DNA from: an uncultured virus (IMG/VR IMGVR_UViG_3300044611_002008)
Lineage: Duplodnaviria > Heunggongvirae > Uroviricota > Caudoviricetes
IMG/VR virus record: IMGVR_UViG_3300044611_002008
Span: 62,001 to 99,836 of that record
DNA length: 37,836 bases
Direction: 5' to 3' (one strand)
Both the position numbers and the translations under genes were made by a program. The notes under the pieces were generated by a model. That model did no database searches, had not been told where the DNA came from, and saw nothing but the letters and a program-made list of their open reading frames with translations. Positions 19,483 to 30,238 of this stretch are shown piece by piece (position 1 is the stretch's first letter; each line of letters begins with the position of its first letter).

Positions 19483-22400
19483 ATGTATAAAGACGATAAA
19501 ATTAATCAGTGTACCATATATAATAGCGCCTTTATAGACGATATATTACCATACACATTAGGCTTAAATAGTGACGATCAGCTATCTTTAAAGTTTAATA
19601 ATAATGTAGTATCTAATGTAGATTTCAAAATTAATCAACTAAGAGAGCTAATTACTCAGAGCAAAAACTTATTGGGGGTATCGGATCCAGAATTATTAAA
19701 AGATGTCTGGATTCCTATTTTTATAACTAACGATAATTACGTACAAAATAAAGAAATCAAAAGATATGGCACCAATAAAAAGAAAATTTTTGGTATAGAA
19801 GACTTTATTAGTTTTCGTGGAGAATATAAAAATTGGATCATTAATAATGCTAATACTAAATTAAGTTCTGATTGGTACACCCACTCTAACGACATTTCAT
19901 ATAATATAGATTATAGTATAATGTGTTGGTATAGATTAGAGTCTAATAATATTTATTCAACACATGTTTCTATTAAAAATATACCAAATGGATATCCTGT
20001 GGTTTGCAATCAGGCATTGTCTTATACGGATAATGGTCGCTCCGTAAACATATCCACAAATGACATCCTGATTAAAAAGAACGACTCCACCCTGCTCTTG
20101 CCGCATAAAGATAATAGTATTATTGGATCTAGTACAGAAATTAGTAGTAGTGCTAATATGACCTTTAATTCTGAACAATCTGTTTTTAATTTATCTAAAG
20201 TTGAAGACCTCGCAACTCTTAATCCCTTATTTAAAGTACATACTGAAACAATTATGGGTTTAACGACTGACGGCCAGAGGTCCAATGATAGATTATGGAT
20301 AGCAGACGGAGAGGCTTACTCTTACTCTTTGAATAAAAGACGACAAAAAGAGGATTTTTCCTCTGGTATCTGCACCCACACTTATCTTAGCCCCTCATTG
20401 TTTTATAAGGCTAATAGCATATATCACAGATTAACAGCCGCCCAAATAAAACTAGCTAATGGAAGCTCATTACCTAAAGATAAAGCCAAGGCCTTGCGTA
20501 AATTATCTTATTTTTTGGCCACGGCACCAACAATTGATCGAGTATCACTAGATCTTTTGTATCATCCAGAAATACAGCAGCTACTATCCACTTTTTTAAA
20601 TACCGATATAGCCGCTAATTTAACCATGACAACAGTGGATATAAATAAAGAAATAACGCTATTTGCTAAATTACTGTATCAAATTATGGTAAGATATAAA
20701 AACCTTAGTAGTAACGCCACCTTTGTCGGTTCACTATCTTCTTCATTAGTTACATCAAAAAAAGATTTATTCAAACGAATCATTAACAAGTATCCTGCTC
20801 ATCTTAGGATAACCTCAGATACTAATGTTTCATATAAACATCTAATGCCAGATGGCCCCAATTTTAGTTGCAGAAGATTATGGAGGTCTTTTTGCGATAA
20901 AACTTTAAGACACAATAATTTTGAAGACCTAGGCCCAGATCAAACATGGAGACTTATTTTATATAATAATGAAAAAATAGAATGTCAAGGACTAGAACTA
21001 GAAACTAATTTTACAAGAAATACCAGTGAAATCTTATTAGATAATACCGGATCTAATGCAGTAGATGCTCCGGAACAAGAACTAAATAATAAGTTATTAC
21101 CTTTAGCAGATATTACCAGGTCTCCACTTGGCGCCGTATATAACGTAGGAGGACCTGGAGATTTTGGTACTTCTCCCGCACTTGACCTTGGACCCTCTAT
21201 CAAAATAACATTATCAGATGATGATCTGCGTTGGGACTTTACGCAGTCGCCCCCGGCTATAGTTACTGAAAAATCATTTTTCGTAGGGGGTGTTGATCAA
21301 ACACAAAATTTTACTAATTATAGAAATAGAGCTTTTTGGGAACAGGTCGAAGGTCCTGATTGTTTAAGGTTTAGTAATTGTGCTATAGACCCTAATATTA
21401 AGGGAAAATGCGCATATACAATCAAACAAAAAACAACAACAGACGAAATGCCGAAAATTTGGATTCGCAGCACAGGAAAATATGTTGTTAGAATGACCAT
21501 GTTCTCTCCTTTCGATACGCAAACTGACACACTAACTATTTATGTTGCTAATAGTGCTGGTGAGTACGAGCCAGGAAAAATTGTTCCCAGCGAAGCCATA
21601 GATATATCTAGCCGTATTGATGAATTTCCAGCCAATCTTCCAGTAGGCGCAGATTCTGAAAACACTATTCCAAACGACATACTAAAAACAATGTGTTGTA
21701 ACTTGAGTCAGTTTGCTCTTGGTAAACAAGGTTTGTTTTGGCCATTAAAATCAGATTCTTATGCTATAGTCCCATTAGCCCCTAACGTGATAGGTACCAC
21801 AGGAGACTTTAGTGTGCCTGGTATGGTAAAGCTTCAAGATACTGGGCCTTATTTTGGGGTTAAAAAAAATAACTCCATAAATAATAAACCGTTAACGTTT
21901 ACTATCAAACCTAACAATACCATAATATATATAGACAATATGATATTAGAGCATATAAGAGACGGATCTGATAAATATACTAATTGTAATTCTTTGTTAA
22001 TAGATCTTTTATATGCTTCTCCGACCAAATTAGGAAGTAGGCCTACAGGAACTTCCGGATACTATCGAAGACGAAGAGGGCTGGCTCGTACTTTGAATAG
22101 GTTTTTTGCTAGGCACGAAACCCCTACTGTGGCCCCATCTGGAGATATTATTGTTAATTTTGATGATCCTCGCACCTCCATGAAGTTTGCGCCCCCAGTT
22201 AAGGCATATGGGGGATATGATCAAAAGGTCGTCAATAGTCTGGGTATTACTATCCCGTATCATCCGGCTCCAAGCGGTACGATGCCGGTATTGCTAACTA
22301 AGCATAATTTTGAAACACCCGATAATATCTTATGTCATAAAAAATATTTAAATATTAACAGCTCGGGAGATATTATTTTTAGTAAAGGAACTTTCCATCC

Positions 22401-25400
22401 TCGTTTAGGATGGATACCTTCACCGAATTCTCAGGATACAGCCCTGTCGTCTTTGGCCAACGACAGTCTGTATCAGCAGCATAAAAATAAAAATTCTGTA
22501 TTAAAATGGAAGATGGATAAAAAAAATACATTCGTTTTTAAAGGCCTAGGTATATATGGTTTAAAAGCTTCTTATTATCACGACAAGCAACTTGCTCCTA
22601 GTTATAAAAGATCAGCTATCTATATTACAAACAGAAGCGGGGTTCCTTATAGCGATTATACTGGTCATGATAATAATCTTGGATATAGAAGTTCGAGCGA
22701 TGCTTACGAATATATGTCTGATGAGTACCATGTAGATATTTTAAATGCTGGCTTAGCAGATATGACTTGTGATATTACTAATAACGCAGTGGTTTATGGG
22801 ATCGATAGGCCGGATATAGATTCGTTAACGATTAGGGATATTGAAGTTAGAATTAATAACTTAAACTATCCAAATATTAAACATATGGTAGTTTGGCTAG
22901 AAGCTTCGAATGCCGCGTGGTCTGGAATCAATAATACCACAGATATACTTGATAATCCAAATCAGATAGATATATCCACAGTAGGATCACAATTTGCCGA
23001 TTTAGCAGCGTACAGGACGGCATTGATTAATATGAACGCTAATCCTGATCCTAGTACCAGGCGACTATATTTATTAAACAGAGACTATATTGAAGACTAT
23101 ACTTATAATTATAGTATAACATTTTCGGATAATACTTCTTTGGATATGGGTGGTAATCCTAATAAAATCAACAGTGAAGTTTTATTTAAGAATAATCAAA
23201 CATATACTCAAAACCACAAGATTAAGCCCACGCTCACTCCTAATGGGTACGACGATGCTGCGTGTTCGATATATAGGTCTTCAATGGTTAAGAACGGACT
23301 TATTCCCAAAGAAGCCTGCCTGCATAAATTTAATGGCTTACCACTCAAAGACACAACGTTTGCGCTTTATGTAGGAATATGGGACTATGAAGACAATTTT
23401 ATTGTAAGAGATATGAATCCATGGAATGCTACTTTGCTGGGTATGAAAGGGGTCACAGATAAAGTAAAACCAGGTATATTAAGCAATGCCTTGTGTTCTT
23501 GGGATCTCATAATACATACAGATAAGACTACTAGATCAGAGCCAACTGATCCCATTGGTCTATTTGATCGTAAAAATCAAGACCCAACTTTTACCAACGG
23601 CAGCAGTTTTATAGCAAATTTCAAGGACCGCAAACATCTTATTCCACAAGTAAATTTAAATGCTCCATATAATTATCTTGATAATTCGAATTTTTGTGCT
23701 TATAAAGAACCAGAATTAACCACGGCTACGAGATTTAATATGGTGGAATTCCCCACCTGGGCAATATTACAGATTATAACAGCCATGACGCCAGTCTATG
23801 GTGGTGGCGGTTCGGTTTTTACTGGAGATCCTAGTACTGGGTATGGTGCTATTTATGATTTTTTTGCTCAAAATAGAGCCTCTAATCTTACAGAAATACA
23901 ACAACGTAAAACACAAGTAGGAAGATATTCTAGACGACCATTTGGGGCCTCAGACAAAGCGCTCGTGGCGATTAGTAACGACGGTAATGTTTGGTATAAA
24001 ACAGAACTACCTATTTTTAGATACGACAACTGCCATACTCTGCAAAATAATCAGTATTCATATATTAAGCTCAAAAAAAATAATATACCTTTTTTATCTC
24101 ATTTTGATTTTCAGTTCTTCGCAGAATCTGACGCAGAGTTTTTACCTAGCGCCTCCGACTGGGCCGACAGCCTATTCAAGCACAAGTATATTGTTGATAA
24201 TGCGGTGGTTGGGTTTAGTGGAGGCTTTACCTCTACAGATTTAATAGGGAATAAGTCTGTTATAAAGATCTATGGCCCAAGGGCGTATTATCTTTTTGAC
24301 ACTAATGATACCATTAGTATTTCTAGTCCCACGACAACAGACGCAAACAGAATGGTTAATAGAACAATAGCTTCTAAAGCTTTAATATCTATTAACAATA
24401 AAGAATACACGGTATTTAAACTCAATACTAACATAAATGATGCATCGTATTTTACTAAACCAGAAGACAATCAAGACACCTTGATCATTTTTAAAAATGA
24501 CTATACTACGATAGGGGGTGCAACTCCTATCAATATATGGGGCTTAGAGAAATCTCAGACACCAAGAAAAACACCAGATAGACACTTTAGCGCATTTGGA
24601 GAGGGCTCATATGGTAGAGGAGTAGAGAATATTAGGGAAAATACTTTGTCTTATTTATTCGATCAGAATCATATAGAACCTATTTATGAAAATATTAATC
24701 ATAAACATAAATTTTTATTTAGATTTGATTCTATAAAAGTCAATAATTTAGATATCAATTTAGAAAATATTGCGTCTCCTACACGCAATAACACTATAAG
24801 GGGCTTTCCTTGGTCAATAGATACTGAACAAAGAGGATTACTTAAGCAGTATGTTTTACTGGGTAAACCGTCACCACAACTACTGCAACAGATAGATAAC
24901 CTGAAAAAACAGAAAGAGACCGCTAGAAAAAACATTACAGACGAAGACGCTTTAAAAGCAAGATTACACGCTATTGATGCTTCTATACCAGTGTCGCAAG
25001 TTGAAATAATGTTTATTCCAGATCTTAAAGCATATATCTCTTTTCTAGAGCCAGATTTGGAAGATTGCGACCCGTGCTTAAAAGATAGTGCGGAAAAACT
25101 TTTAAAAATTAAAGAGGAGCAAATAGCTCCATTTTACAAATTTAACACCTCTTATGCCTTTATAGATCTAAGACTAGATAGATTTAAAAGTAGTTCGGAA
25201 GTACCGGATACTGGAACCATATCTATAGCTAATGATTTTATTTTTAATCAGCCTCAAAATAAGCTAGATGCGAATACAATTAATACTATAAATACTAGAA
25301 TAGCTTTTTTAACAACTAAATCTCAAGCGTTTGAAAATAGACTCAATATAGCAAAAGAGGAGGATTCTTTTCCTACAAATATAACACTAACCGAACTAAA

Positions 25401-26517
25401 AGCGCTATCTATTCCTGATTTGGGGTCATATCTGGCTTTATTGTCTAGTGAAGATGAGCCGACTAGTTGCTTGACCCCAAATTATGTAGAAGAAGATTGT
25501 CGTATAGGGTTTACTTCCAGACTAATACAAAAAAGACACGAAGAGCTACAAACATTGACTAGGTTGAGAGATACCAATAATCTTTATACCGAGGGAATAT
25601 TACCGGTAATACAAAGGTCTGTGACGACTGGTGCCGATGGAGAATTAACCGAACAAATTTCTTATAATACAGATTATTTTTGGGTGCATATAGACCCAGA
25701 TCAAAAGTGTTCACTAGCAACAGATATGACAACTAAAATTATGAAAGAAGTAAAATATAATTGTATACCTAATAGCGCAAATATTAATGGAGTAGGTATA
25801 TTAGGAAAAGAAAATCAACAAGTATGCCCGGAAACCGCTTCTATAACTGGCGGGGACGAGGATGTAAGCTCTGAAGGCCCTGGTAAAACTATATACTCCT
25901 TAACTGGTGGCAGAAGCAGGGATTTGGCTGCGGCACCAGGGGTATCAAGCTGGCAAGAGATACAAATTGGTAGCACGGATATTACATTTACAGAAAGATA
26001 TATGTGGCTCAATGGCGGAGAGGGAGATTCCTCTCATTTAGATACATTGGTTGCTATTTTCGAGAAATACGATATACCCAGCAACGCTAGAAAACCAAGA
26101 ACAGAGGTTCGTCTTGGCGACGTTATAGACGTTAATAATGCAGATAATATTAAAATTAGATTTATACGTATTCCTAGAAAATATAAAGAATATGATCAGC
26201 ATTATGATAGATATCAGCCTAATTGGTTAGGACAATTAGGTAAAACCACGCCCGGCAGAGGATTGGGAGGAGAAACGCAGTGGGGGTTTGATTGCTGGGT
26301 ATGTTTAGATAAAAATACTGGTAGATATGTTAACCCACCAGATGGATACAAAATGCAGAATGAAATGATTTATAGGGCATTTTTTGGTAGCGTAGACGGA
26401 GTAGAAAACAAGAATAGTATTATGACAGAAACCAAGGAGCCTTGGGAGTGGATTCCATATGAATATGATGCCACAGATCCTCCGCAGGCCCCGGCTTCGC
26501 CACCAGCAAATGGTTAA
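19483..26517 (+). CDS. Giant putative virion protein with PKD-like and proprotein-convertase P-domain-like regions
   Basis: 2344 aa, AAGGAG RBS; WEQVEGP...GKYVVRMT...DTLTIYV (PKD-like); IRDIEVRIN...ITFSD...LHKFNG...LCSWDLII (P-domain-like). Confidence 0.65.
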   Translation: MYKDDKINQCTIYNSAFIDDILPYTLGLNSDDQLSLKFNNNVVSNVDFKINQLRELITQSKNLLGVSDPELLKDVWIPIFITNDNYVQNKEIKRYGTNKKKIFGIEDFISFRGEYKNWIINNANTKLSSDWYTHSNDISYNIDYSIMCWYRLESNNIYSTHVSIKNIPNGYPVVCNQALSYTDNGRSVNISTNDILIKKNDSTLLLPHKDNSIIGSSTEISSSANMTFNSEQSVFNLSKVEDLATLNPLFKVHTETIMGLTTDGQRSNDRLWIADGEAYSYSLNKRRQKEDFSSGICTHTYLSPSLFYKANSIYHRLTAAQIKLANGSSLPKDKAKALRKLSYFLATAPTIDRVSLDLLYHPEIQQLLSTFLNTDIAANLTMTTVDINKEITLFAKLLYQIMVRYKNLSSNATFVGSLSSSLVTSKKDLFKRIINKYPAHLRITSDTNVSYKHLMPDGPNFSCRRLWRSFCDKTLRHNNFEDLGPDQTWRLILYNNEKIECQGLELETNFTRNTSEILLDNTGSNAVDAPEQELNNKLLPLADITRSPLGAVYNVGGPGDFGTSPALDLGPSIKITLSDDDLRWDFTQSPPAIVTEKSFFVGGVDQTQNFTNYRNRAFWEQVEGPDCLRFSNCAIDPNIKGKCAYTIKQKTTTDEMPKIWIRSTGKYVVRMTMFSPFDTQTDTLTIYVANSAGEYEPGKIVPSEAIDISSRIDEFPANLPVGADSENTIPNDILKTMCCNLSQFALGKQGLFWPLKSDSYAIVPLAPNVIGTTGDFSVPGMVKLQDTGPYFGVKKNNSINNKPLTFTIKPNNTIIYIDNMILEHIRDGSDKYTNCNSLLIDLLYASPTKLGSRPTGTSGYYRRRRGLARTLNRFFARHETPTVAPSGDIIVNFDDPRTSMKFAPPVKAYGGYDQKVVNSLGITIPYHPAPSGTMPVLLTKHNFETPDNILCHKKYLNINSSGDIIFSKGTFHPRLGWIPSPNSQDTALSSLANDSLYQQHKNKNSVLKWKMDKKNTFVFKGLGIYGLKASYYHDKQLAPSYKRSAIYITNRSGVPYSDYTGHDNNLGYRSSSDAYEYMSDEYHVDILNAGLADMTCDITNNAVVYGIDRPDIDSLTIRDIEVRINNLNYPNIKHMVVWLEASNAAWSGINNTTDILDNPNQIDISTVGSQFADLAAYRTALINMNANPDPSTRRLYLLNRDYIEDYTYNYSITFSDNTSLDMGGNPNKINSEVLFKNNQTYTQNHKIKPTLTPNGYDDAACSIYRSSMVKNGLIPKEACLHKFNGLPLKDTTFALYVGIWDYEDNFIVRDMNPWNATLLGMKGVTDKVKPGILSNALCSWDLIIHTDKTTRSEPTDPIGLFDRKNQDPTFTNGSSFIANFKDRKHLIPQVNLNAPYNYLDNSNFCAYKEPELTTATRFNMVEFPTWAILQIITAMTPVYGGGGSVFTGDPSTGYGAIYDFFAQNRASNLTEIQQRKTQVGRYSRRPFGASDKALVAISNDGNVWYKTELPIFRYDNCHTLQNNQYSYIKLKKNNIPFLSHFDFQFFAESDAEFLPSASDWADSLFKHKYIVDNAVVGFSGGFTSTDLIGNKSVIKIYGPRAYYLFDTNDTISISSPTTTDANRMVNRTIASKALISINNKEYTVFKLNTNINDASYFTKPEDNQDTLIIFKNDYTTIGGATPINIWGLEKSQTPRKTPDRHFSAFGEGSYGRGVENIRENTLSYLFDQNHIEPIYENINHKHKFLFRFDSIKVNNLDINLENIASPTRNNTIRGFPWSIDTEQRGLLKQYVLLGKPSPQLLQQIDNLKKQKETARKNITDEDALKARLHAIDASIPVSQVEIMFIPDLKAYISFLEPDLEDCDPCLKDSAEKLLKIKEEQIAPFYKFNTSYAFIDLRLDRFKSSSEVPDTGTISIANDFIFNQPQNKLDANTINTINTRIAFLTTKSQAFENRLNIAKEEDSFPTNITLTELKALSIPDLGSYLALLSSEDEPTSCLTPNYVEEDCRIGFTSRLIQKRHEELQTLTRLRDTNNLYTEGILPVIQRSVTTGADGELTEQISYNTDYFWVHIDPDQKCSLATDMTTKIMKEVKYNCIPNSANINGVGILGKENQQVCPETASITGGDEDVSSEGPGKTIYSLTGGRSRDLAAAPGVSSWQEIQIGSTDITFTERYMWLNGGEGDSSHLDTLVAIFEKYDIPSNARKPRTEVRLGDVIDVNNADNIKIRFIRIPRKYKEYDQHYDRYQPNWLGQLGKTTPGRGLGGETQWGFDCWVCLDKNTGRYVNPPDGYKMQNEMIYRAFFGSVDGVENKNSIMTETKEPWEWIPYEYDATDPPQAPASPPANG

Positions 26518-26529
26518 ATTTCAATAAAA

Positions 26530-26868
26530 CTATTTTTTAGTTTTTTGAGACTCTTCTTTTTGGTATTTGTGCCACCCCTTATTTGGCAACCAATTGCCGT
26601 CATCATCTTTTCTTTTGGGAAATAGGGTGCCTCCCTTTTTGTGCTGTCCGAATGCTAGAATTGCTCCACAATCAGCACATCTTAATTCATAGTAATCGTT
26701 GCCTTCCACAGAACGTACTATGAATCTTAGGTTGGTGCTTTGACACAAGCCGCACTTCTCTTCCGAAAAGATTTCTTGTATCAGTGCTAGCTCTTTGAAG
26801 ATTTCTTTTTGTCCCGCTCCCTCAAGCTCGAACTGTAGTTTATCGCTTGCTTTATATATAACTTTCAT
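26530..26868 (-). CDS. Zinc-ribbon hypothetical protein
   Basis: CGLC...CADC; start moved to ATG 26868, 1 nt after the upstream stop. Confidence 0.8.
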   Translation of the reverse strand: MKVIYKASDKLQFELEGAGQKEIFKELALIQEIFSEEKCGLCQSTNLRFIVRSVEGNDYYELRCADCGAILAFGQHKKGGTLFPKRKDDDGNWLPNKGWHKYQKEESQKTKK

Positions 26869-26869
26869 A

Positions 26870-27610
26870 TTATTCTTTCCATGTTGTAGCATAGCCGAAT
26901 AGGTCTTGTGTGATCAAGGATATATCCTGCTGATACTTTGATAACATTCTAATTAATTTAACAGCATCTTCGTGAGGCATATCATAGACATTATCGTATT
27001 TTATGCCATTTGACTCTAATACTTTTGATACGTTTATATTAAGCCTTTGGGCCATAACGTCAACAAAATTAATTTGATTATTTGTTATTTTTGAAACAGT
27101 ATTACTATCGGGATGATCCTCTATTTCTTGAGCTAATTCTTCAGCTGCTACCACCTTTCTTAATCTTAGGGCTCTTCTAAGCGCCCTACCTTCTGCCCTG
27201 GTTTCGGCTACGGCCACAGGATGATTACGGTAGATCTTGTCGCAATTGCCCCAATAAACGTCTGCGGCGCCGTCTACACAGACAGTATTTAAATCTGGCT
27301 TGTCCTGGTGGCCAGGATTTAAAACGTATGTTAGAGAGTGTACCACGGTAGCCCTTTTCTCATTGTCTGGACTCGGGGATTGTACCACCTGTGTATTAGA
27401 AGATATTATTTTACAGCTCATCGCTTCTTCAAATACTCTACGTAATCCGTCGGTGGTAGGGTTGCCGCTTATTTTTTCATCATCAGACAAAAGGCCTAAT
27501 ACATATTCGGTCCATTCCAGATCTCCTATGGATGGTTTTTTGACCACATTTTCTTGGACAGCGGTTTTTTCTTCTGTATGAACAGAGTCGTTTTTTTTAT
27601 TCTTACTCAT
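26870..27610 (-). CDS. Putative Rad52/Sak-like single-strand annealing protein
   Basis: AVAETRAEGRALRRAL helix motif and C-terminal ITNNQINF...EDAVKLIRML motif, typical of phage SSAP-like proteins; same operon as ssb. Confidence 0.55.
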   Translation of the reverse strand: MSKNKKNDSVHTEEKTAVQENVVKKPSIGDLEWTEYVLGLLSDDEKISGNPTTDGLRRVFEEAMSCKIISSNTQVVQSPSPDNEKRATVVHSLTYVLNPGHQDKPDLNTVCVDGAADVYWGNCDKIYRNHPVAVAETRAEGRALRRALRLRKVVAAEELAQEIEDHPDSNTVSKITNNQINFVDVMAQRLNINVSKVLESNGIKYDNVYDMPHEDAVKLIRMLSKYQQDISLITQDLFGYATTWKE

Positions 27611-28415
27611 GAGTGTCCTTTATTGCTATAATTCTATCTTCTATACTTGGAAATTTGTTATCAATACTTTTTAAGATTTTTTCTAAAGCCTCGCACACAA
27701 GATTGGCTCTAGTTTTTGAAAAATCTTTGGTTTGCTTTATCCTAATTAATACGTATCCTTTTCCTATTAGGAGTCCTTCTTTTTTTTGATCGTATTTTAT
27801 ATTTTTAGCCAAAGTTTCTTCGCCCCAAACCGGTTGAAAATGAGAAGGGCCGTCAACCTCTATTGCTGTGTTCATAGTAGGTAGAAAAAGATCGATCTGC
27901 AACTTTGTGTTTGACAAAACTTGTTCTTTGTGAAAATCAACACGCCAGCCTTTACCAATAAGATATTCTAAAATATGGTTTTCTAATTTGGAACCCCTCT
28001 TACTAGACAACCTAACTGCCTCATTAGCTTTTTTAATCATATTGCTTTTTTTGTCATCAGATAAGTTTTCCCACTGGTCTTTTTTTTGTTTGATAATTTT
28101 TTGTTTAGATATATCGTCCATTCCTTCCCAAGACTTTATTAGACCCATTCCTATTTTTGACTTAGTTGTTTCTGATCTAGATGTTCCTAGGGTTGGGTGT
28201 TTATGCTTACCTGTCTGTAATGCGTTTTGTTGAGCGGCAGATTTATCTCTAATTTTAATACCTAGTTTTTTTGCATCTCTACGCACCTTATTTGCGTATG
28301 TACCTAATTGTTCCGCAACATCAGCAAAGCTTTTTTGTTTTTTGATATATAAATCAGTTATTAGCTTTTTTTTATCGCTGTCCGATAAAGAACTATAAGA
28401 TTTTGCATAACTCAT
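27603..28415 (-). CDS. Vsr/DUF559-like endonuclease with N-terminal HTH and NUMOD3-like motif (putative freestanding homing endonuclease)
   Basis: SFADVAEQLGTYANKVRR (HTH); RSETTKSKIG (NUMOD3-like); SKLE...IDLFLP...AIEVDGPSH...DQKK...GYVLIRI. Confidence 0.8.
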   Translation of the reverse strand: MSYAKSYSSLSDSDKKKLITDLYIKKQKSFADVAEQLGTYANKVRRDAKKLGIKIRDKSAAQQNALQTGKHKHPTLGTSRSETTKSKIGMGLIKSWEGMDDISKQKIIKQKKDQWENLSDDKKSNMIKKANEAVRLSSKRGSKLENHILEYLIGKGWRVDFHKEQVLSNTKLQIDLFLPTMNTAIEVDGPSHFQPVWGEETLAKNIKYDQKKEGLLIGKGYVLIRIKQTKDFSKTRANLVCEALEKILKSIDNKFPSIEDRIIAIKDTHE

Positions 28416-28848
28416 TTGGATTAAGATCTCCTAATACTGCGGTTGGATTTTTCCATATATTACTATATATAGTAGCTATGTCCGGGGTTTGTGCTATAAT
28501 TTTTACCCTATCATTTTCTAGTAGTTCAGACCAAAAACTAAATTTTGTAGAGGTATCGGTCATCCACGGAATATTTTGCGCATAATAATATATATTTTTA
28601 GCGCAATATGAGGACACTGATATCATTAAACCTACTATGTCAAAAACAAATAAATCTCCTCGAAAAAATTTCGCTTGATTTATATGTAATACTGGAATAT
28701 TTTTTGTGTCTATATTATTATAGCTATTAAATATTAGAATATTTAAATCTGGTCGCACGTTCATAAGATGACGCAATGATTCTATTATTTCCTCGGATTG
28801 ACGACCATCTAAATGTAATAATACAAAACCTATTATATTTTTATTCAT
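28393..28848 (-). CDS. Hypothetical protein, possibly a degenerate GT-B N-terminal Rossmann domain
   Basis: 151 aa, ATGA-coupled; alpha/beta pattern ending KIIAQTPDIATIY, like the GT4 'iiavS' strand-helix. Confidence 0.55.
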   Translation of the reverse strand: MNKNIIGFVLLHLDGRQSEEIIESLRHLMNVRPDLNILIFNSYNNIDTKNIPVLHINQAKFFRGDLFVFDIVGLMISVSSYCAKNIYYYAQNIPWMTDTSTKFSFWSELLENDRVKIIAQTPDIATIYSNIWKNPTAVLGDLNPNELCKIL

Positions 28849-29561
28849 AGTAAAAACTCTATAAATTTAGAGATATCGGCACCACCTTTATATAGATTTT
28901 TATCAATAGGTTGCATATTTTTATGGTCTAAGACCGTAATTCCACATGCAATCGCCTCATATATATAACTGTCATTTATATTAAGAAAATACTTATAAGT
29001 TTGTAATATATTAGCTTTTTCATGTTCTGATATTATTCCAACATTATATGTATTTGCTATATCGGGGTTATCAAATAGTCTAATCATGGTTTCTTTTTTA
29101 GAGTCAGAAAGCATAAGATATTTTGTTAGATTAAACGGAATCTCTGATACTTCCCCAAGAAAACCGGCCATGATATTGCTTCTAGGAGTATTGGATGATC
29201 TATCAAAGAATATGTGGTTATTTATATATTTTTGAATATTCACGCATCCAGGATTATCTGTCTCCTGATTCAATAGATGGGTGACCTTATTATTGATTTG
29301 CTCTACTAATACGAGGTCTGCATTATGATGGTATAGAAAAATTTTTATCTTGTCAGATTCAGCGTACTCCTCTATAAACATCATAACAGTGTCGTCTATA
29401 GTTTTTGTGTCTATAATATAGTTTGGAATACCACTATAAGGATATTTAAAAATATTGTCATTGCTTATCGCAAAATGCGATTCAATCTTACAAAGCTTAA
29501 GATTCTCTATAAATCTATACTTTAATTGCGAACTATCTATACAAAAATAACATTTTTTCAT
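28845..29561 (-). CDS. Divergent glycosyltransferase-like (GT-B) protein
   Basis: EKANILQTYKYFL...YEAIACGITVL resembles the GT4 EAmAcG motif; ATGA-coupled. Confidence 0.6.
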   Translation of the reverse strand: MKKCYFCIDSSQLKYRFIENLKLCKIESHFAISNDNIFKYPYSGIPNYIIDTKTIDDTVMMFIEEYAESDKIKIFLYHHNADLVLVEQINNKVTHLLNQETDNPGCVNIQKYINNHIFFDRSSNTPRSNIMAGFLGEVSEIPFNLTKYLMLSDSKKETMIRLFDNPDIANTYNVGIISEHEKANILQTYKYFLNINDSYIYEAIACGITVLDHKNMQPIDKNLYKGGADISKFIEFLL

Positions 29562-30238
29562 ATTGAGGAAAATCTTTTTGCCTTAAGAATGTCTTTATGT
29601 GACCCTACTTTAAATATATTTTTTTTGTCTATTACATTAGTGGAAAACTCTATATTTTGATCTATTAGTTTGTTGATAAGTTCAAAAAGATACAGTTGCC
29701 CAAAAACATTTTTATTTAAAAGCCGCATATTGTCGATACTCTTTTCATCTAAGAATACGCATTCTGACCAAGTGTGTGGTAGGTCATAGAAGATATATTT
29801 GGCCGCTTGTGTACCAAGACTTCCTAAACTAAAGTTTTCTTTTTGATTATTCAGATAATATAAGGTTGATTTATCACTGGTTTTTATTTTTGGATACTCT
29901 TTAAAAAGTATGCCGCTACCAACAATAAATAAGTTTTTAATGTCTGATAAATACTGTATTGCTGTTAATATAGCATGAGTTTGATTAGATTTAGCATAGT
30001 ATGGGTCAACGATAGAAGTGACGGATTTATGTTTATTATTTAGATATTTTCTTACCTTTTCGTTTTCGAACCCTGTTAATACGCTAATTCTAGCGTGCTT
30101 AAATTGTGACTTAGCTTTGGATAGCTGATAGTCTAGCACAGACATATTGTTATTCAGTGATAGCAGACATTTTGGCCCTATAGATTTCATACCCTTAGTA
30201 ATCTCAGAAGCTAAAAATAAAATATTTACATCACTCAT
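29558..30238 (-). CDS. Nucleotidyltransferase-like protein (LicC/NTP_transferase fold) with degenerate glycine loop
   Basis: ILFLASEITKGMKSIGPKCLL...VLDYQL...VLTGFENEKV versus canonical ILAAGxGxR...PKxLL. Confidence 0.7.
   Translation of the reverse strand: MSDVNILFLASEITKGMKSIGPKCLLSLNNNMSVLDYQLSKAKSQFKHARISVLTGFENEKVRKYLNNKHKSVTSIVDPYYAKSNQTHAILTAIQYLSDIKNLFIVGSGILFKEYPKIKTSDKSTLYYLNNQKENFSLGSLGTQAAKYIFYDLPHTWSECVFLDEKSIDNMRLLNKNVFGQLYLFELINKLIDQNIEFSTNVIDKKNIFKVGSHKDILKAKRFSSI

Noticed and set aside
26517..26530. Bidirectional terminator at the convergence point
   Set aside because: The 12 bp gap contains no convincing stem-loop
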